From: Anaerolineae bacterium | GTDB lineage: Bacteria > Chloroflexota > Anaerolineae > Aggregatilineales > Phototrophicaceae | Length of the DNA: 36,497 nucleotides | Assembly: GCA_016788965.1 (NCBI GenBank) | Contig: JAEUQZ010000001.1 | Coordinates: forward strand, 1-36,497 | Direction: 5' to 3' | Shown: piece after piece, positions 35,509-36,497 of the stretch | Layout of the letters: each line of letters starts with the position of its first letter | Numbering within the stretch: position 1 is the stretch's first letter | Position numbers and translations under genes: made by a program | Notes under the pieces: model-generated | Database searches by the model: none | What the model saw: the letters and a program-made list of their open reading frames with translations, nothing else | What the model was told of the DNA's origin: nothing

Positions 35509-36497
35509 ATGTCCATCACGATCCCACTGCTCATCGTGATCGCTGGCGCGGGCATCGGCGCGACGGTCATCTACCGGGTCTTCATCCGCTCCGGCTACGC
35601 CGGTTGGATCGGCGCGTTGGTCGGGGCGGGAGCCGGGGCGCTCGGCCCGCTCATCTTCATGCTGCCGCTCAACTTCTGCACCTTCGAGGCCGAGCGTAAA
35701 GCCATCGACTTCGCCTTTGGCATCGCCCTGGTGGCGCTGGGACTGCTGCTGGTGCTGCTGCCGCTGCAAGCCTTCATCCGCTGGCAGGCGGCCCGCTCCC
35801 GCCCAGAGTCCCAGGCTCCGGTCAACCAGCAGGGAGCCTTTCGCAGCCGCTTCCTGCCCTGGCTCTTCCTCACTCCCACCCTGGCGATCCTGCTGTTGTT
35901 CCTCTACTACCCCTCGCTGGATACACTCCGCCTCTCGACGCTGCTGGCGCGGTTAGGGGCGCGGCGGACGGCCTTCGTCTGCGTCGATAACTTCACCAGC
36001 CTGGTGAACGACCCCGGCTATGGCCGGACGGTGCTGATTACCTTCATCATCGGCATCGCCGTGGTCGCCATCGGCCTGATCCTCTCGCTGCTGATTGCGA
36101 CGATGGCTTACCAGCCCGTCAGGGGCGCGCGCATCTACCGCACGCTCCTGGTCTGGCCCTATGCCATCTCGCCCGTCGTGGCCGGCATCATCTTCGTCCT
36201 GATGTTCAACCCCACCGGCGGCATCATCAACTACTTCCTGAAAGGCACGGTCGGGATCAGCATCCCCTGGCTGAACGACCCCAACCCCTCGCCATTCTCC
36301 AACGCGGCCGTCTGGGCGGTGATCCTGACCAGCGTGTGGAAGTCGATGGGCTTCAACATCCTCTTCTACATCGCCGGGCTGCAAAATGTCTCCAAAGAAC
36401 TTCAGGAAGCCGCCGCCATTGATGGGGCCAACGCCCTGCAGCGTTACCGGTACGTGGTCATCCCCTCGCTGGGGCCGATCACCTTCTTCCTGGTCAT
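35509..36497 (+). CDS. Sugar/glycerol-3-phosphate ABC permease (UgpA-like), 3' partial
   Basis: Open frame from ATG 35509 to the window edge (absent from the ORF track). 'PWLFLTPTL', 'WPYAISPVVAG', EAA motif 'ELQEAAAIDGA'. Confidence 0.9.
   Translation, partial: MSITIPLLIVIAGAGIGATVIYRVFIRSGYAGWIGALVGAGAGALGPLIFMLPLNFCTFEAERKAIDFAFGIALVALGLLLVLLPLQAFIRWQAARSRPESQAPVNQQGAFRSRFLPWLFLTPTLAILLLFLYYPSLDTLRLSTLLARLGARRTAFVCVDNFTSLVNDPGYGRTVLITFIIGIAVVAIGLILSLLIATMAYQPVRGARIYRTLLVWPYAISPVVAGIIFVLMFNPTGGIINYFLKGTVGISIPWLNDPNPSPFSNAAVWAVILTSVWKSMGFNILFYIAGLQNVSKELQEAAAIDGANALQRYRYVVIPSLGPITFFLV

Overview
GC-rich bacterial chromosomal segment. Gene content (SpoVS-PHP pair, GT39 plus GH-A clan surface-glycan genes, kinase-AAA-TPR, PAS histidine kinases) suggests Chloroflexota/Anaerolineae, which is an inference. 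It has about 27 CDSs: metabolic genes (fbaB, malic enzyme, a flavin disulfide oxidoreductase, a ugp-like ABC transporter), two STAND/NLR-like TPR proteins, a membrane-anchored SARM1-like TIR-TPR protein and two tandem paralogous PAS histidine kinases. An accessory island at about 14.1-17.7 kb holds a 5'-truncated Rhs toxin with a putative Tse2-like ADP-ribosyltransferase tip, a candidate immunity gene, a second Rhs core fragment and a resolvase remnant. The intergenic regions are mosaics of several short repeat families (GTAG-type REPs, palindrome+hairpin repeats, heptamers, 8-9 bp repeats). The least explained signal is a noncoding stretch at 17335-17570: four different motif modules, each with 9-bp periodicity and an inverted copy, downstream of an extended -10 promoter and a boxA-like motif. 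I saw no rRNA, tRNA, CRISPR array or intact transposase. All family assignments come from motif recognition by eye, not database searches.
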